Shown here: one piece after another, positions 10,507 to 22,832 of the stretch
How the letters are laid out: each line of letters opens with the position of its first letter
Position numbering within the stretch: the first letter of the stretch is position 1
Assembly: GCA_002269645.1 (NCBI GenBank)
Contig: NIVC01001545.1
Span: 1 to 64,000 of the forward strand
Direction of reading: 5' to 3'
DNA length: 64,000 nt
DNA from: Macrostomum lignano
Lineage: Eukaryota
The notes under the pieces: generated by a model
Seen by the model: only the letters and a program-made list of their open reading frames with translations
Databases searched by the model: none
Told to the model about the DNA's origin: nothing
Made by a program: the position numbers and the translations under genes

Positions 10507-11367
10507 CTTGTTCCTTCGGCAGCTGATGAGGACGGGTAGTTATGAGCCGAAGCAGGGATAAGCTTTCCGTTCAGAAAATTAGGATTCTATGTTATTCTTT
10601 ACGCCTAAAAACCATTAAAATGGCACGACTCAGCTCATTGGTTTTATGATTATATTTTATCATATTAGCTGACTGTGTACGTGTAACAGAGATGATAAAA
10701 TAGATTCAAAAAACCAAAGGTTCAAGCTGTGCCATGCATTTTTAATGACTTTTAGATACAGGAAATGCACGTAAAATCGAAAAACTATTTAGAATCCTAA
10801 TTTTCTGAGAGAAAGCTTTATAACTACAAATCGAGCTATAACAAAGGCACAACATATCAAAATATAAACATTGGGTCTGCCTCCTATCGAAAGCAAAAAA
10901 AATTGTGTTCAAAAATAAAAACTTCCTTTTTTCGTAGGGTATTTTTCGTCGAACAGTGGCCTTCAAAACGTTTTTCATAGATTTCGAGTGTTGCGTCCTT
11001 CTACTTTAGTATGGTCTACTTAACATGGTTGTTGCAGTCTCACGCAGAAACTGCGCGAGTTCAAACCCAATTGCGTCATTCCAAGGAAGCCTCTATGTTC
11101 CTTTCGCTCCTCGACACTCAAAATATAGATTTTTTTGGACTAAACTTGTACACACAAAGCCTTGAATGCCCTAGATATGTGCAAGAATGACATGACACAT
11201 CATTTATGTACATAGGTTACTCGGGCTCCACTTTATGAGCTCAAGTTGACAGGCCCTTTGGTTAAAGTAGTTCAGAAGCTGGATCCATTTATGCTAATTC
11301 ATATCGAAAGTTATCAAATTAAGTTTAAAAACAATCTTTCAGCGCTACCGCGGCTTCAGAGAGTAAA

Positions 11368-12425
11368 ATGGATAACCAAAACCGTGCCCTACGATACGTC
11401 ATTGTGCTGAGACTCGATGCAAGCTGGCTAATCTGTACCGCAGCCCTGCACCTGGAAACCAGGTAGCTCAGCTGCTGGACCGCTATCCCACCGCTGAACA
11501 ACTTGAAGATTCCATTTTCAGGCATTGTCAGGCTCAGCAGCGGAGTGGTGGCGTCAGCTTTGATCAGCACCAGTACCTGAGCCTTGTGTCCAAGGTGGAA
11601 GACGCGCTGACGGGTCGCCTGTCGCATCAGCGACAGCAGCTGCGTGCTGAGACACGACGCAAATTGGCTAATCTGTACCGCAGCCCCGCACAGGGACACC
11701 ATGTAACCGAGCTGCTGAACCGCTGTCCCACCGCTGAACAGCTAGAAGATTGCCTATTCAGGTATTGTCATTCTCGCCAACAAAATGGTGGTGTCAGCTT
11801 TGATAAGCAGAAGTACCTGCACGCTGTGTCCACTATGGAAGGCGTACTGACCGGTCGCCTGCCGCTTAAGCCACAACAGCTGCAGCAGATGCGTGTTGAG
11901 ACTCGGCGCAAATTTGCTAATCTGTACCGCAGCCCTGCACCTGGAAATCTGGTAGCCGATCTGCTGAGACAATATCCTACTGTTGAGCAGCTGGAGGATT
12001 TGGCTTTCAGGCGTAGTCAGGTGCAACAGCAGAGAAGTCGCGCCAGCTTTGATCAGCAGTACCTGAGCATTGTGTCCAAGCTGGAAGACTTACTGACAGG
12101 TCGCCTGCCGCCGGCGCAAGAGCAAAAGCTGGAGCAGATGCTGCAGCAACAGCAGCAGCGGGAGCAGCAGCTGCGTGTTGAGACTCGACGCAAGCTGGCT
12201 AATCTGTACCGCAGCCCTACACCTGGAAACCTGGTAGCTCAGCTGCTGAGCCGCTATCCCACCGCTGAACAACTTGAAGATTTCGTTTTCAGGCGTAGTC
12301 AGGCGCACCAGCGGAGTGGTGGCGCCAGCTTTGACCAGCAGTACCTGAGCCTTGTGTCCAACCTGGAAGGCATACTGACGGGTCGCATGCTAAGCCTGCT
12401 TCCATTCGATGAACGCGAGATTTAA
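11368..12425 (+). CDS. MED15-derived protein B: four tandem KIX-like repeats; frameshift between the homologous ATG (11368) and repeat 1, so possibly a pseudogene or initiated downstream
   Basis: One open frame 11376-12425 holds four copies of (V/A)ETRRKLANLYRSP.PG..V..LL.RYPT.EQLED..FR..Q.....G.SFD.Q.YLS.VS.LE..LTG, with E codons at 11409, 11649, 11898 and 12180. DNA is near-identical in places to the MED15 KIX at ~15125-15335. The 5' UTR acceptor context is homologous to that of MED15. Confidence 0.8.
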
Positions 12426-12544
12426 TATCGCATCTAGTTCGTGCCACATGTAACTAATTGTTTGTCCGATATATAAGCATCATTTAGTGTAACAATAAGT
12501 AATAATTTACTACAACTGGCCTAATAGGAAAACCCACTATGGCG

Positions 12545-12680
12545 TATCGGAAAGCTGCGTACGGCTGTTCAGTCAAAAGACTGGAGTTGCCACACGTTCC
12601 AAGTAGGTCGAGAAACGAACCCCCCCCCTACCTTTTAGTCGTGCTCCGATGCTCTAACCACTGGTTTTAATAGAACCCCC
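12545..12680 (-). mobile_element. tRNA-derived SINE, copy 3 (internally deleted)
   Basis: GCTGCGTACGGCTGTTCAGTCAAAAGACTGG and TTTTAGTCGTG.TCCGATGCTCTAACCACT match copy 2. Confidence 0.65.
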
Positions 12681-13551
12681 AATTTGTTATATATGAAGGA
12701 CCTGAATATTATTCGAATGCATATTTGAATCTAGTGATCTCGTAGGTCATTGTTTTAAAATATGATTTTAGTCGTATTGCACGCTAGTTGCTAAACGCGT
12801 CTGCCCAAAGTGTTATGTATGCTGACCAAAAAATGTACTCGTTGCCGTATTTATCCCTGCCTGCCGAAGCCTGCTGAAACAGGAAATTGAAATTGCGCAA
12901 AGAACCCAAAGTAGCTACTATCTAAAACAGTAACAACTTGCGCCCATATGCGGTCTATCAATGTGCATTTTTACTAATGGTGTAAAACCCGTTAAGAACG
13001 TTACCATGGCAAGAATCGCTAGAGTCATTGTAAACAACTCTCTAGTGAGTCTAGCGACTCTGGTGCAACTATTATGACTTTTTAACGACTCATGCGACGG
13101 AGAGGCGACTGTTGCGTCACAAGCGCGTCACGTGAGTTGCAGAATCGTGAAACAGTCGTTCTATTGTATTCATTTATCTGCTTTTATTAAGTACGAAACT
13201 GGCTGGCGCTCCGAATTTTTACATCAGTAACGCAAAACTGTCGCAGTCGGTAGTTTTTTTCAGTTTGCGCATTTCAACAATTAACTACTGCTCAAGTTTA
13301 ACAACTTTTTGTATGCAATTTTGCCGTTTTATCCAGAAAGTAGATACGAAAAGGACTGAATTTTTTTGTTCCATCTTTGGTAATTTTTATTTGTCTTTTC
13401 TTAATTTATTTCAAACCAACAGGAAAACACTACGAGACTGACTTGAAGCCAAAAGATACGTTATAATTCTCGACTCTTATTTTCGTTACCTCTTACTTTT
13501 ACGTTGACCATACACAATATTTCTATGGCTAACTGTGCCAGAATCATTTGA

Positions 13552-14249
13552 GGGGTGCTTTCACAACGTCGAAAAGTAAATTATTTCACAAGGTCGAAAC
13601 TTCACAAGGTCGAAATTTCACAACATAGAAAACTTTAGCAAGAGACTTCATAAGGTCGAAATTTCACAAGGTCGAAATTTCACAACATCGAAAACTCAAA
13701 TAGCAGCCACTTTCACAAGGTCGAAATTTCACAACATCGAAATATCTAGCAAGAGATTTCATAAGGTCGAAATTTCACAAGGTCGAAATTTCATAACATC
13801 GAAAACTCAAGTGCAGCCACTTTCACAAGGTCGAAACTTCATAAGCTCGAAATTTCACAAAGTCGAAAATTTTATATATCAAGAACCATACAGTAGTTTT
13901 CTACGTTGTGAAATTTCGACCTTATGAAATTTCGACCTTATGAAGTCTCTTGCTAAAATTTTCGATGTTGTGAAATTTCGACCTTGTGAAGTTTCGACCT
14001 TATGAAAGTGGCTGCTGTTTAACTTTTCTACGTTGTGAAATTTCGACCTTGTGAAATTTCGACCTTATGAAGTCCTTTGCTAAAGCTTTCGATGTTGTGA
14101 AATTTCGACCTTGTGAAGTTTCGACCTTGTGAAAGTGGCTGCTATTTGAGTTTTCGATGTTATGAAATTTCGACCTTGTGAAATTTCGACCTTGTGAAAG
14201 AAGGTGCTTTCGACGTTGTGAAATTTCGAGTTTGTGAAACCCCCCCCCC
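13552..14249. mobile_element. Foldback/MULE-like non-autonomous element: long inverted arms made of 17-bp subrepeats
   Basis: TTCACAAGGTCGAAATT arrays run forward (13560-13870) and reversed (13900-14240). G-run and C-run termini. Flanks ATCATTTGA (13543-13551) and ATCAGTTGA (14250-14258) form a 9-bp TSD with one mismatch. Confidence 0.8.
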
Positions 14250-15055
14250 ATCAGTTGAAGCGTGCATTCTTCACTTTGATTGGTAAAGTTGACTTTTAGC
14301 GACACAAATGGACACCTAATGCCAAACGAGCGTAAATCAAGAACAGCTGGCAACAGACCTCGGCAATCACACTAAGAGAGCCAACCAGCTAGGGTTCCTC
14401 ACTGCCGCAAAATCTAGGCAGTAGCACAAACACGTGCTGGACTATTGACCCCTGTACTGACTCACTGGGGCGGAGCGGGGGTAGTGTGAAAAGGCGCGGT
14501 TGGAGGATTTCAGCTGGGGGGTAAGAGCCAACAAATGAGCCTTGGTTTTAAAAATGCAATAAAATGCTTCTGTTTAACTTGCTACTGAACTGAAAGTAGT
14601 TTACATGCAAATGTGCTGAGTGGCCCATCTAGTTATTCTAGTATCTGGGTTTTTTGTAAGTTGAATGCACGCTCTATTTGATTCTGGCACAGAATTATTG
14701 CCGAATGGTTAATGTTTTGTCTATGGGCTTGCCAATGTCCAACAAGCGTCAATTTAGTTCATAGCTGAGACGCTGACATTCCAGCGTTACTCCACAGCCC
14801 ACAGATGGTTGCGAGTAGGCAAGAGCTGTCAGCCTTGCTACCTTAAGCAAACGTATTTCGGATTAAATTCACGGCACTTAAGCACAAATAGGCTGCAAAA
14901 AGCTATATTAAATACTTAATTATTTATAGGGTATAAAATACTTTTGTAAGCCTAATTTGTAGTGTTCCGTAAACTCAATCTCAATTCATATAAATTCATA
15001 CCGTGAGCTATGAAATCACCATCGCCATCTTTCAGAGCTACCGGCTTCAGAAAAA

Positions 15056-17907
15056 ATGGAGCCGAACCAAAACTATGGCCAACGATACCCCATCATGCAG
15101 CAACAGCAGCTGCAGCAGCTGCGTGTTGAGACTCGACGCAAGCTGGCTAATCTGTACCGCAGCCCTGCACCTGGAAACCAGGTAGCCCAGCTGCTAAACC
15201 GCTATCCCACCGCTGATCAACTGGAGGATCACGTTTTCAGGCGTTGTCAGGCTCACCAGCAAGGTGGTGGCGTCAGCTTTGACCAGCAGTACCTGAGCAT
15301 TGTGTCCAAGCTGGAGGACGCACTGACGGGTCGCCTGCCGCAGCCGCAACAGCCGCAGCAGATGATGCAGCAGCAGCAGCCGCCGCCTACTCAAGTGATG
15401 CAACAGCAATTGCAGCAGCAGCAGCAGCAGCAGATGATGCAACAGCAGCCTCCGCCGCAACCTCAGCCTCAGGTGATTCGGCCTCAAATGCCGACTGATC
15501 CGCTGGTGTCGCTTTCAAACATGGTCGGCGGTGGCCCGGTTGGCGTCAGCAACATCGTTGTCGGTGGTGCCCGGATGGGGCAGCAGAGTGTGCCGTTGCA
15601 GCCTCGCATGGGGCCCAGGCCTGTTCCGCAGCAGCAGCAACAGCCGCCTCCCAACCAGCTTCCACCATTGAATGAGCGTCAGCAGATTCAAGTGCAGCGC
15701 ATGCGGCAGCTCCACCAGCAGCACAGCGAGACGGTCAGAGCCCGGATGGAAAATTCGCACGGCAATGCGGCCAATTTTGAGAAGCTGCGCCAGATTTGCA
15801 ACATTCTCGAGACGCCTGAAAATTTTGTACGCAACCAGCGGGATCCGGATAAAATTGACAACACAATCAGGCAGTTGGAGAGCATTCTGCGGCCCAATGC
15901 GCCTCACGCTCAGGCACTGCAGCAGCAGCACATGCTACAACAACAGAGACTTCAGCAGCAGCAGCAGCAGCAGCAGCAAATGCAACAGCAGCAACTGCAG
16001 CACCAGCAGCTACAGCAGCAGCAACAACTCCAGCAACAGCAGCAGCAACAACTGCAACAACAGCAATTGCAGCAACAGCAATTGCAACTGCAGCAGCAAC
16101 AGCAATTTCAGCAGCAGAAATTGCAACAGCACCAGATGATGTCGCAGATGCAGCAACAACAACAGCAGCAGCAGCAATCGCCAATGCCCATGTCCAGTGC
16201 AGCTCCTGACAGCGTCGCTGCTTCGTCGCATGACATTCCTCCGGCACCCCGTCGACTTGGTGAAACACTTCTTAAAGTACGTAAAAGTACGCCAACCAAT
16301 CACCTCTTAGTTGACGCTATAAATTCGCTGTCAAGGTTCACCTTTACTACAAAAGTGTTCGGCCTCCAATACCTTTTTTTAGAGCAAAACATCATCAACT
16401 TGGTGTTTTGAAAGCCGTTCCCTATCTGTCCGTTGCCCAACGATTCAAAATCACTAACAAGTTTTCTCCAGCCAACGATTGAAAGAAGCAACCAGAATCC
16501 ACGGAACATTCTGTCACGATAGATTGCATCCGCCGTCAGTTGCATCCCCACCGGAGTGGAGAGGGGGGCATGTCCCCCGGCCCCAGTAAAAGCTGTGGGG
16601 GGGGACATGCCAGTGCTTTGTCCCACCCGCCTCACCTTGTAACCCGCTACGGAAATCAATCATTTCTCCTTTGGGCGCCAAAATGTAGCGCCTTTGGCGC
16701 CAAAAAGAGTGCCTGCGGCGCCAAAATGGGTGTCTGCATGCGGTGCCAAAATGAGTGCCTGTCTGCGGCGCCAAAATGAGTGCCTGTCTGCGGCGCCAAA
16801 ATAAGTGCCTGTCTGCGGCGCCAAAATGAGTGCCTGTCTGCGGCGCCAAAATAAGTGCCTGTCTGCGGCGCCAAAATGAGTGCCTGTCTGCGGCGCCAAA
16901 ATAAGTGCCTGTCTGCGGCGCCAAAATGAGTGCCTTCTGCGGCGCCGAAATGAGTGCCTTCTGCGGCGCCGAAATGATCGCTAGAAACTCCGATTCCTAA
17001 AAATGTAGGAATTTAGTCATGTAGAATTCTTGGCTTTGTCCCCCTCCCTTCTAAGAAGTCCATTGGCGGCGCCCCTGTCTGCCGTCACAAGTAAAGATTT
17101 TTACCAACAAAATCATCTCTTCCACTCCTCCAGGAAATCGAATCTGTTCTCAAAAGTCCCGTCTGCGATTCTGTCTGGTCTCGCTTCGCCTCTGAGGTCC
17201 GTTCGGCGAATCAGGGCATTGTCCCGCCTCGCGACACTCTGTTCATCCCCGTCTCCGTTGACTCGGCAGCTGTTGGCGCCTCCGACGCGCCGCCGGTGAC
17301 TCCCGCGCCGGCTCCAGATCAGCCGTTGCGCTCCGAGCTCGCCGACCTGCCGCCCTACTGGCGCGTCCGAGTCTTGACCAGCTCGGCCGGCCCTGTCGAT
17401 CCGGACAGCAGCAAAGACGACGCCGCCGACAATCAGGAAGACGAGTCGGCGGATGCTGCCGACGCTTCTAAAGTTGAGGGCAGCGACGCGGTAACCTCTA
17501 GACGGGTTCGTCTGCGCGCCGTCTACACGAACCGGCACTTGATGCCCGACGGCGCCGCGCCGGAGCTGCTGATCACCCTGGCGCCCGGCTACCCGACTGT
17601 CCGGTCCGCCACCGCGCGACTTCTGCCGCCGCGCCTATCGGCAGCTGATAGCGCCGACAATGGCAGCGACAAGAGCAGCAGCTGCAGTCGGAGCGCCGAG
17701 CTGACCGCGGACGCCGCCGAACTGCGCCGGCTGATCCAGACCGAGTGGCGATCGGCCTACGCGGAGTACAAGCGGGTCTATCGGGACAGGAACAGCCTCA
17801 CGGGAGTGCTGGACGCCTATCACAAAGCCCTGCTGGTGGCCTACGATAGCTGGGCCCCCGGCAGTGAGTTCAGCCTGGCCCAGGTGCGAGCCTTTATGCG
17901 GCGCTGA
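15056..17907 (+). CDS. MED15: Mediator subunit 15 (ARC105/MDT-15), ~664 aa
   Basis: Exons 15056-16276 and 17134-17907 (AAA|GTACGT ... CTCCAG|GAA, phase 0, frame continuous). KIX LEDHVFRRC..QQYLSIVSKL (human MESHVFLKAK..DEYLSLVARL). Q/P-rich region. Central KLRQICNILETP (KMKSLLDILTDP). PolyQ. C-terminal ESVLKSPV, PLRSELADL, APELLITLAPGYP and SLTGVLDAY (ANIRSPV, VLQGEVARL, VPPLELSVPADYP, SVTALLNTW). Human motifs are from memory. Confidence 0.9.
16720..16975. repeat. 25-bp minisatellite in the MED15 intron
   Basis: Unit GCGCCAAAAT[G/A]AGTGCCTGTCTGCG. Period 25 (16746 and 16771). About 10 copies. Confidence 0.9.
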
Positions 17908-18299
17908 TAGGTGTTGTACTCTCAGTACAGTAGAGGACAACTTGCTGACTTGATTTGCTGCTGTAAGTCACAATTCTTAATTAGTATGCTTATTACAATT
18001 GTTTATATTTATGCAGTATTGATAAAGCTCAATTGTGCTAATTATATCAAGCTTACAAGCTTACTATGTGCTTCGAGCTCTGTTGTAAGAAAATTCGAAA
18101 TTGCTAAGCAAATTTATTTGTGTCTCTTTCATTCGTTTGTTTCTTTGGGGGGCTACTACAGATCATACCTACTAATTTTTATAAAGTGAATTCCAATAAT
18201 TCCAGTGACGTAACCAAAGGGGGTGTGTGAGCTGGGGCAAAAATCCCAATGGAGCCCCCAACGGCGAGAGGCATTACTGCATATTCCTCCGACTCCCCT

Positions 18300-18520
18300 G
18301 AGCAGGCACAAAAGCGCGCAAGGATACGTACGCAGTGATGCGCACAGGCACACACTCACACAGGAGTGTACAGCGGCCCTAACTTCATTTATCGTTAGGC
18401 ATGTACACTTCACTCAAGGCCGTTAATTGCACGAGCAGAGCCAAGCTGAGATTCCAATTTAGCCCCAAATCAATGTGACTGCACTTGGAATCGAGCCTGG
18501 GCCGCTGGCACATCTTGCTA
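18300..18520 (+). repeat. Dispersed repeat shared with ~1640-1830
   Basis: GAGTGTACAG.GGCCCT.ACTT...ATCGTTAGGCATGTACACTTCACT and CTGCACTTGGAATCGAGCCTGGGCCGCTGGC occur at both sites. Confidence 0.75.
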
Positions 18521-19099
18521 GCAACCAATACGATAGTCCCGTAATGCAGCCCCACAATAAAATCCTGGATACATCCCTGAATAGTAATTGTTTTAACATT
18601 TATCCTTTGTTTTCTCTCTTAGCTTATATTACTTAAAGTACTTCCTAAGCTGTTCTGTCTACTTAGATCGGCCTTGGTTTAGGTCAACTTAGATATTTGT
18701 TTTTTAATAATTAAAACATTAATTATGACGCCGCCATCTGTTGAGAGAACCTGCTACTGGAAGGTTAAAGAAACAATGGAACTAAAGATCGCACTGTTTA
18801 CTCGGAATTAGACGAAGTGCAGACGCTAAAAACCAAGGATTTTTGTTTTTTTATTACGGCTCGTACTTAAAAATCACTTGAAGTAAAGATTGATAATCAT
18901 AACGTCAGCTAGTTTAATGAGAAAAATACGAGTATAGGAGCAGCACTGCATTACATTTTTAGCACAGAGTGACAATTTCAAAGTGCAAAGCATTAGAAAA
19001 CGCGGTAAAGAGAAGTTTTGAGAGTTCGATTTACTCGTGGAATATTTATGAAAACCAAGCAACAGAGTCTCGAGATATAAGCATAGGGTTTCTGCCAAC

Positions 19100-19415
19100 T
19101 TATTAGATCCGGGAAATTTCGGGGAGATTCTATTGACAATAAAGTTTCGACAATAACTTCATTTCCTGTCTGACAGGCGCACATCAGCGGCGTGATTCCT
19201 ACCTTATCCGGCTGATCTGGCTTTGCGCCTTTCTTTAACAACGCGCTAAAAACGTCCTGATGGCCCTCAAGAGCAGCCATGTGCAAGCCGGTCCTCCCGT
19301 CGGCGCTGCAGATGAAGTTCGGGTCGCCGCCGCTAAGAAGGTACTTGTGCAGCGCATTCATATCTCCGGCTTGAACCGAGGCAATGAATAGTTTATCTGG
19401 AGCTTTGTCTGCCAT
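19100..19415 (-). pseudogene. Truncated paralogue of the ankyrin-repeat gene N-terminus
   Basis: GRTGLHMAALEGHQDVFSALL...DKVGITPLMCACQTGNE closely parallels GRTGLHMAALSGHQDVFNTLL...DKQGITPLMCASQKGNE in the 34122 gene. Similarity collapses after ~95 codons. Confidence 0.75.
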
Positions 19416-20134
19416 GTCGGTTGATGGCAGACAAAAGAACTGGCTAGTGTTTTACCTTTGTATAAGATGCGCTTCACTCCTAAATATTTCGTTTCTCGAG
19501 GTTCTGTTTTGCGAGCGAAGCTAATGAACGAGGGACTATGAGAGATTATAAAGAAGAAATCCACCTGATGCACGGTTTATATAGAAAAAGATATGGTTTT
19601 GACAGAACGACTGTACATAGAAAGTTCCCTATTAGCTATGACACGACCAAGTCTACTGTACGTCAATTTTTAATGTGCATCTAAATTCACTGCAAATCTT
19701 GAAAGTTCTCTTTTCTGTTGTATGTACTCTACGACAATGCACATTTACTTCGTCCACTAGCTAGCTGTTTCTATATATAGTATTGTGAAATGGCTCGTTG
19801 GAGTGCACGGGATTCCAGCAGCCAATGAGCGATTTCTCTTTTCGACGAAAGTGCAATTATTAGAGTGCGATAACAAGTTCAAACTTGGCCACAGTAATGT
19901 GCAGTAGAACAATTGCACCAATACCTCACCTGTAAACTCGAAGTTTTTACGAGCTATTTAAAGGTTATCACATTTTTACACGTTTTTACACGGTTTTTAC
20001 ACGAGCTATTTACATGTTAGCTGTACAACACTATCTTAAAATTTTCATCCTTTTACCATTCATGAGTCCTTGATCCATTTATTCGCTAGCTTTTACTCAA
20101 AGACTGAACTAAAAATGTCTAGTTTCCTTTTAAG

Positions 20135-20413
20135 TATGCTCAGCAACATCGAAAAGTCGCCATCACAGGAGATTCCGTCTGCGGTCGCCACTTTTGAGAG
20201 TGCAGGTAAAGTCTCTCAATCTTTGCGAGTGACGCAACTTAGCTACGCCGCGGCAGACTTGAGTTGAGCAATGAAGTGGGGGTAGCGGTGTGCGAGGCTT
20301 GGACGGATTAAAGCTACCCCGATCAGTTTTCTCGTATCTTTTATTTCGGAATAGTCCAAGAGAAATTGCTCTCTGACGCATAGAGTGGCGACCTTTCAAT
20401 GTTTCTGAGTATA
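20135..20413 (+). mobile_element. MITE with ~28-bp imperfect TIRs
   Basis: Left end TATGCTCAGCAACATCGAAAAGTCGCCA; right end reverse complement TATACTCAGAAACATTGAAAGGTCGCCA. A second copy lies at 10308-10506. Confidence 0.7.
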
Positions 20414-22170
20414 CATACGAAGTGTATATACTTCCTATGTACTATATCCTATATACAAATTCTACGAAAACTATTGAACAGTATCCAGGCTGAAGTTTAT
20501 CAGACACTCAAACTACGGTTCGTATGTTGTCCTGGTACCCGTAAATGAGATTCGATCTTTTCATAATAAACAAAAATACCAACAAACCAGCCCATGCACC
20601 CATCGATAGTTTCTGGCGGACCAAGACGGAGATGTCAACTTAACAGTAGAACGACCAAGCTTTTTTGCCCATTTTTCATCGCAATTCGAGTATACGTTGA
20701 ATGTCTCAAAAGTCTGCTGAACTGACCAAGCACTCTGTTTTTCTTGGAGGGTTGCACAACAGATAGCTCTACCTTATTCTTTGAACTTCGTGTGCCTGTG
20801 TTACTCTGCTCCGATGCAGCAACAACCAATTGCCGGTGGGGTGACCCCCATTGATCTACCTAAAGCCAAAATCCGAGAGTCATACACATTGTACCTTATA
20901 ATTCGTGGACGAATTGAACAGAGACGTGAAGAATCACTATTTCTAGGGCCATATAGCCCTAGGAACAGGCCACATAGGGATAAGGTAGATAAAATTGGCT
21001 GAATCAATCGGATCAACGAAAACTGCCTGCCGCAACTTGACTGCTTTGAACTGAGTGTCGAACCTAGCTATTAACCTAACCTAACCTAGCTTAAACCCTA
21101 ATTCCTAAACTCAAACTAAACCCTAACTTTAACCTAAATCGTCGGCAGCTGAAGCTTAAAATGACGCTACGCTCGATTTCCGTAGAAAAGAACTGAAGGC
21201 CGGTAAGGAACGCATACGCTCGCATTTATCCTATCGCCAATGCACTTGTATGCTGTAGAAAACGCGTAGTGCTGAATGTGGCTTTGTCACAGACAACTTT
21301 TGATTTCTCAATGCAGATAATAGTATATTAAATTGGTCAAGAATTTCTCTCTCTAGAGCGTTATGGACATTCAAGCATACAAACCTTAGAGATTTAGTAT
21401 TTTTAGATTTGTATATTTATCTGATAGTAGTCGACGAAATCAGTTTCTTAATTGAATTACGGTGGGCGATTCATGGTTTTATATAAGATCAAACGCAAAA
21501 GAATTATATTACATTATATCTTATAACCAATAGAGGATGTTCAAAACTGGCATTCAAAAGTAATGCTATGCAAGTACGAGTACATGTGAAGTGCAGAACT
21601 TTTCTGGTCTGGGTTGTCTAGGGGTGGCCTGGTAGGTCCTTAGCTCTGGGCGAAGACGTCTAGTTGCCGGTTTCTTAGAAATGATACTCGTAGCGTTGGT
21701 AGTGCTGCCACCAGCTTCGCAGAGTCGCAGCCTTCAGTGAGGTGCTGAGCTCGTAGAAGCAAATAACTAAGACGAGAGAGAGAGAGAAAGAGAGACTAGC
21801 ACTTCGTGCAGATTTAGCAGTTCTCGAGCAGAGGCGTCCACAGTCAGCAGTCCCTGCCGGGCTGGTGCGGGGTGAGAGCGATGGTGCTAGCTTCGGGCGA
21901 GCTAAGCTGTCCTGCTAATAGATAACAGGAACGATTAGAAGCAGGCACACTCAACGTCAGGTGGACTTAGGAGCTCAAACTTAAGCGCGAACTTAGCACA
22001 CAGGCTTAGAGGAAAACAGGCGCGGAGAAAAGGGAATGGCTTAAAACGGGCAGCAGGCTTGTCCAAACCAAGCCATGAGAGGGCTGTATTTATAGAGACA
22101 ATCGAGAGAATGCACCATTGAACGAAAGACCCCCGCTGGGAGTCATGTCTGACTCTGTTGCTATTTTTAG

Positions 22171-22832
<662 letters not shown>

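Noticed and set aside
10520-10560. Hammerhead ribozyme (CTGATGAG...CCGAAG)
   Set aside because: No stem II pairing and no GAAA, so the core is incomplete.
11010-11080. tRNA gene
   Set aside because: There is a B-box-like GAGTTCAAACCC but no acceptor stem or cloverleaf. At most a decayed tRNA-derived head. The SINE heads likewise are not tRNA genes.
16277-16411. MED15 ending at the ORF-track stop at 16411
   Set aside because: A donor at 16277 joins in frame to the exon at 17134 that carries the conserved MED15 C-terminal motifs.
21050-21140. Interstitial telomere
   Set aside because: Only degenerate AACCT(A)/AACCCT units over ~90 bp, more like a dispersed-repeat component.
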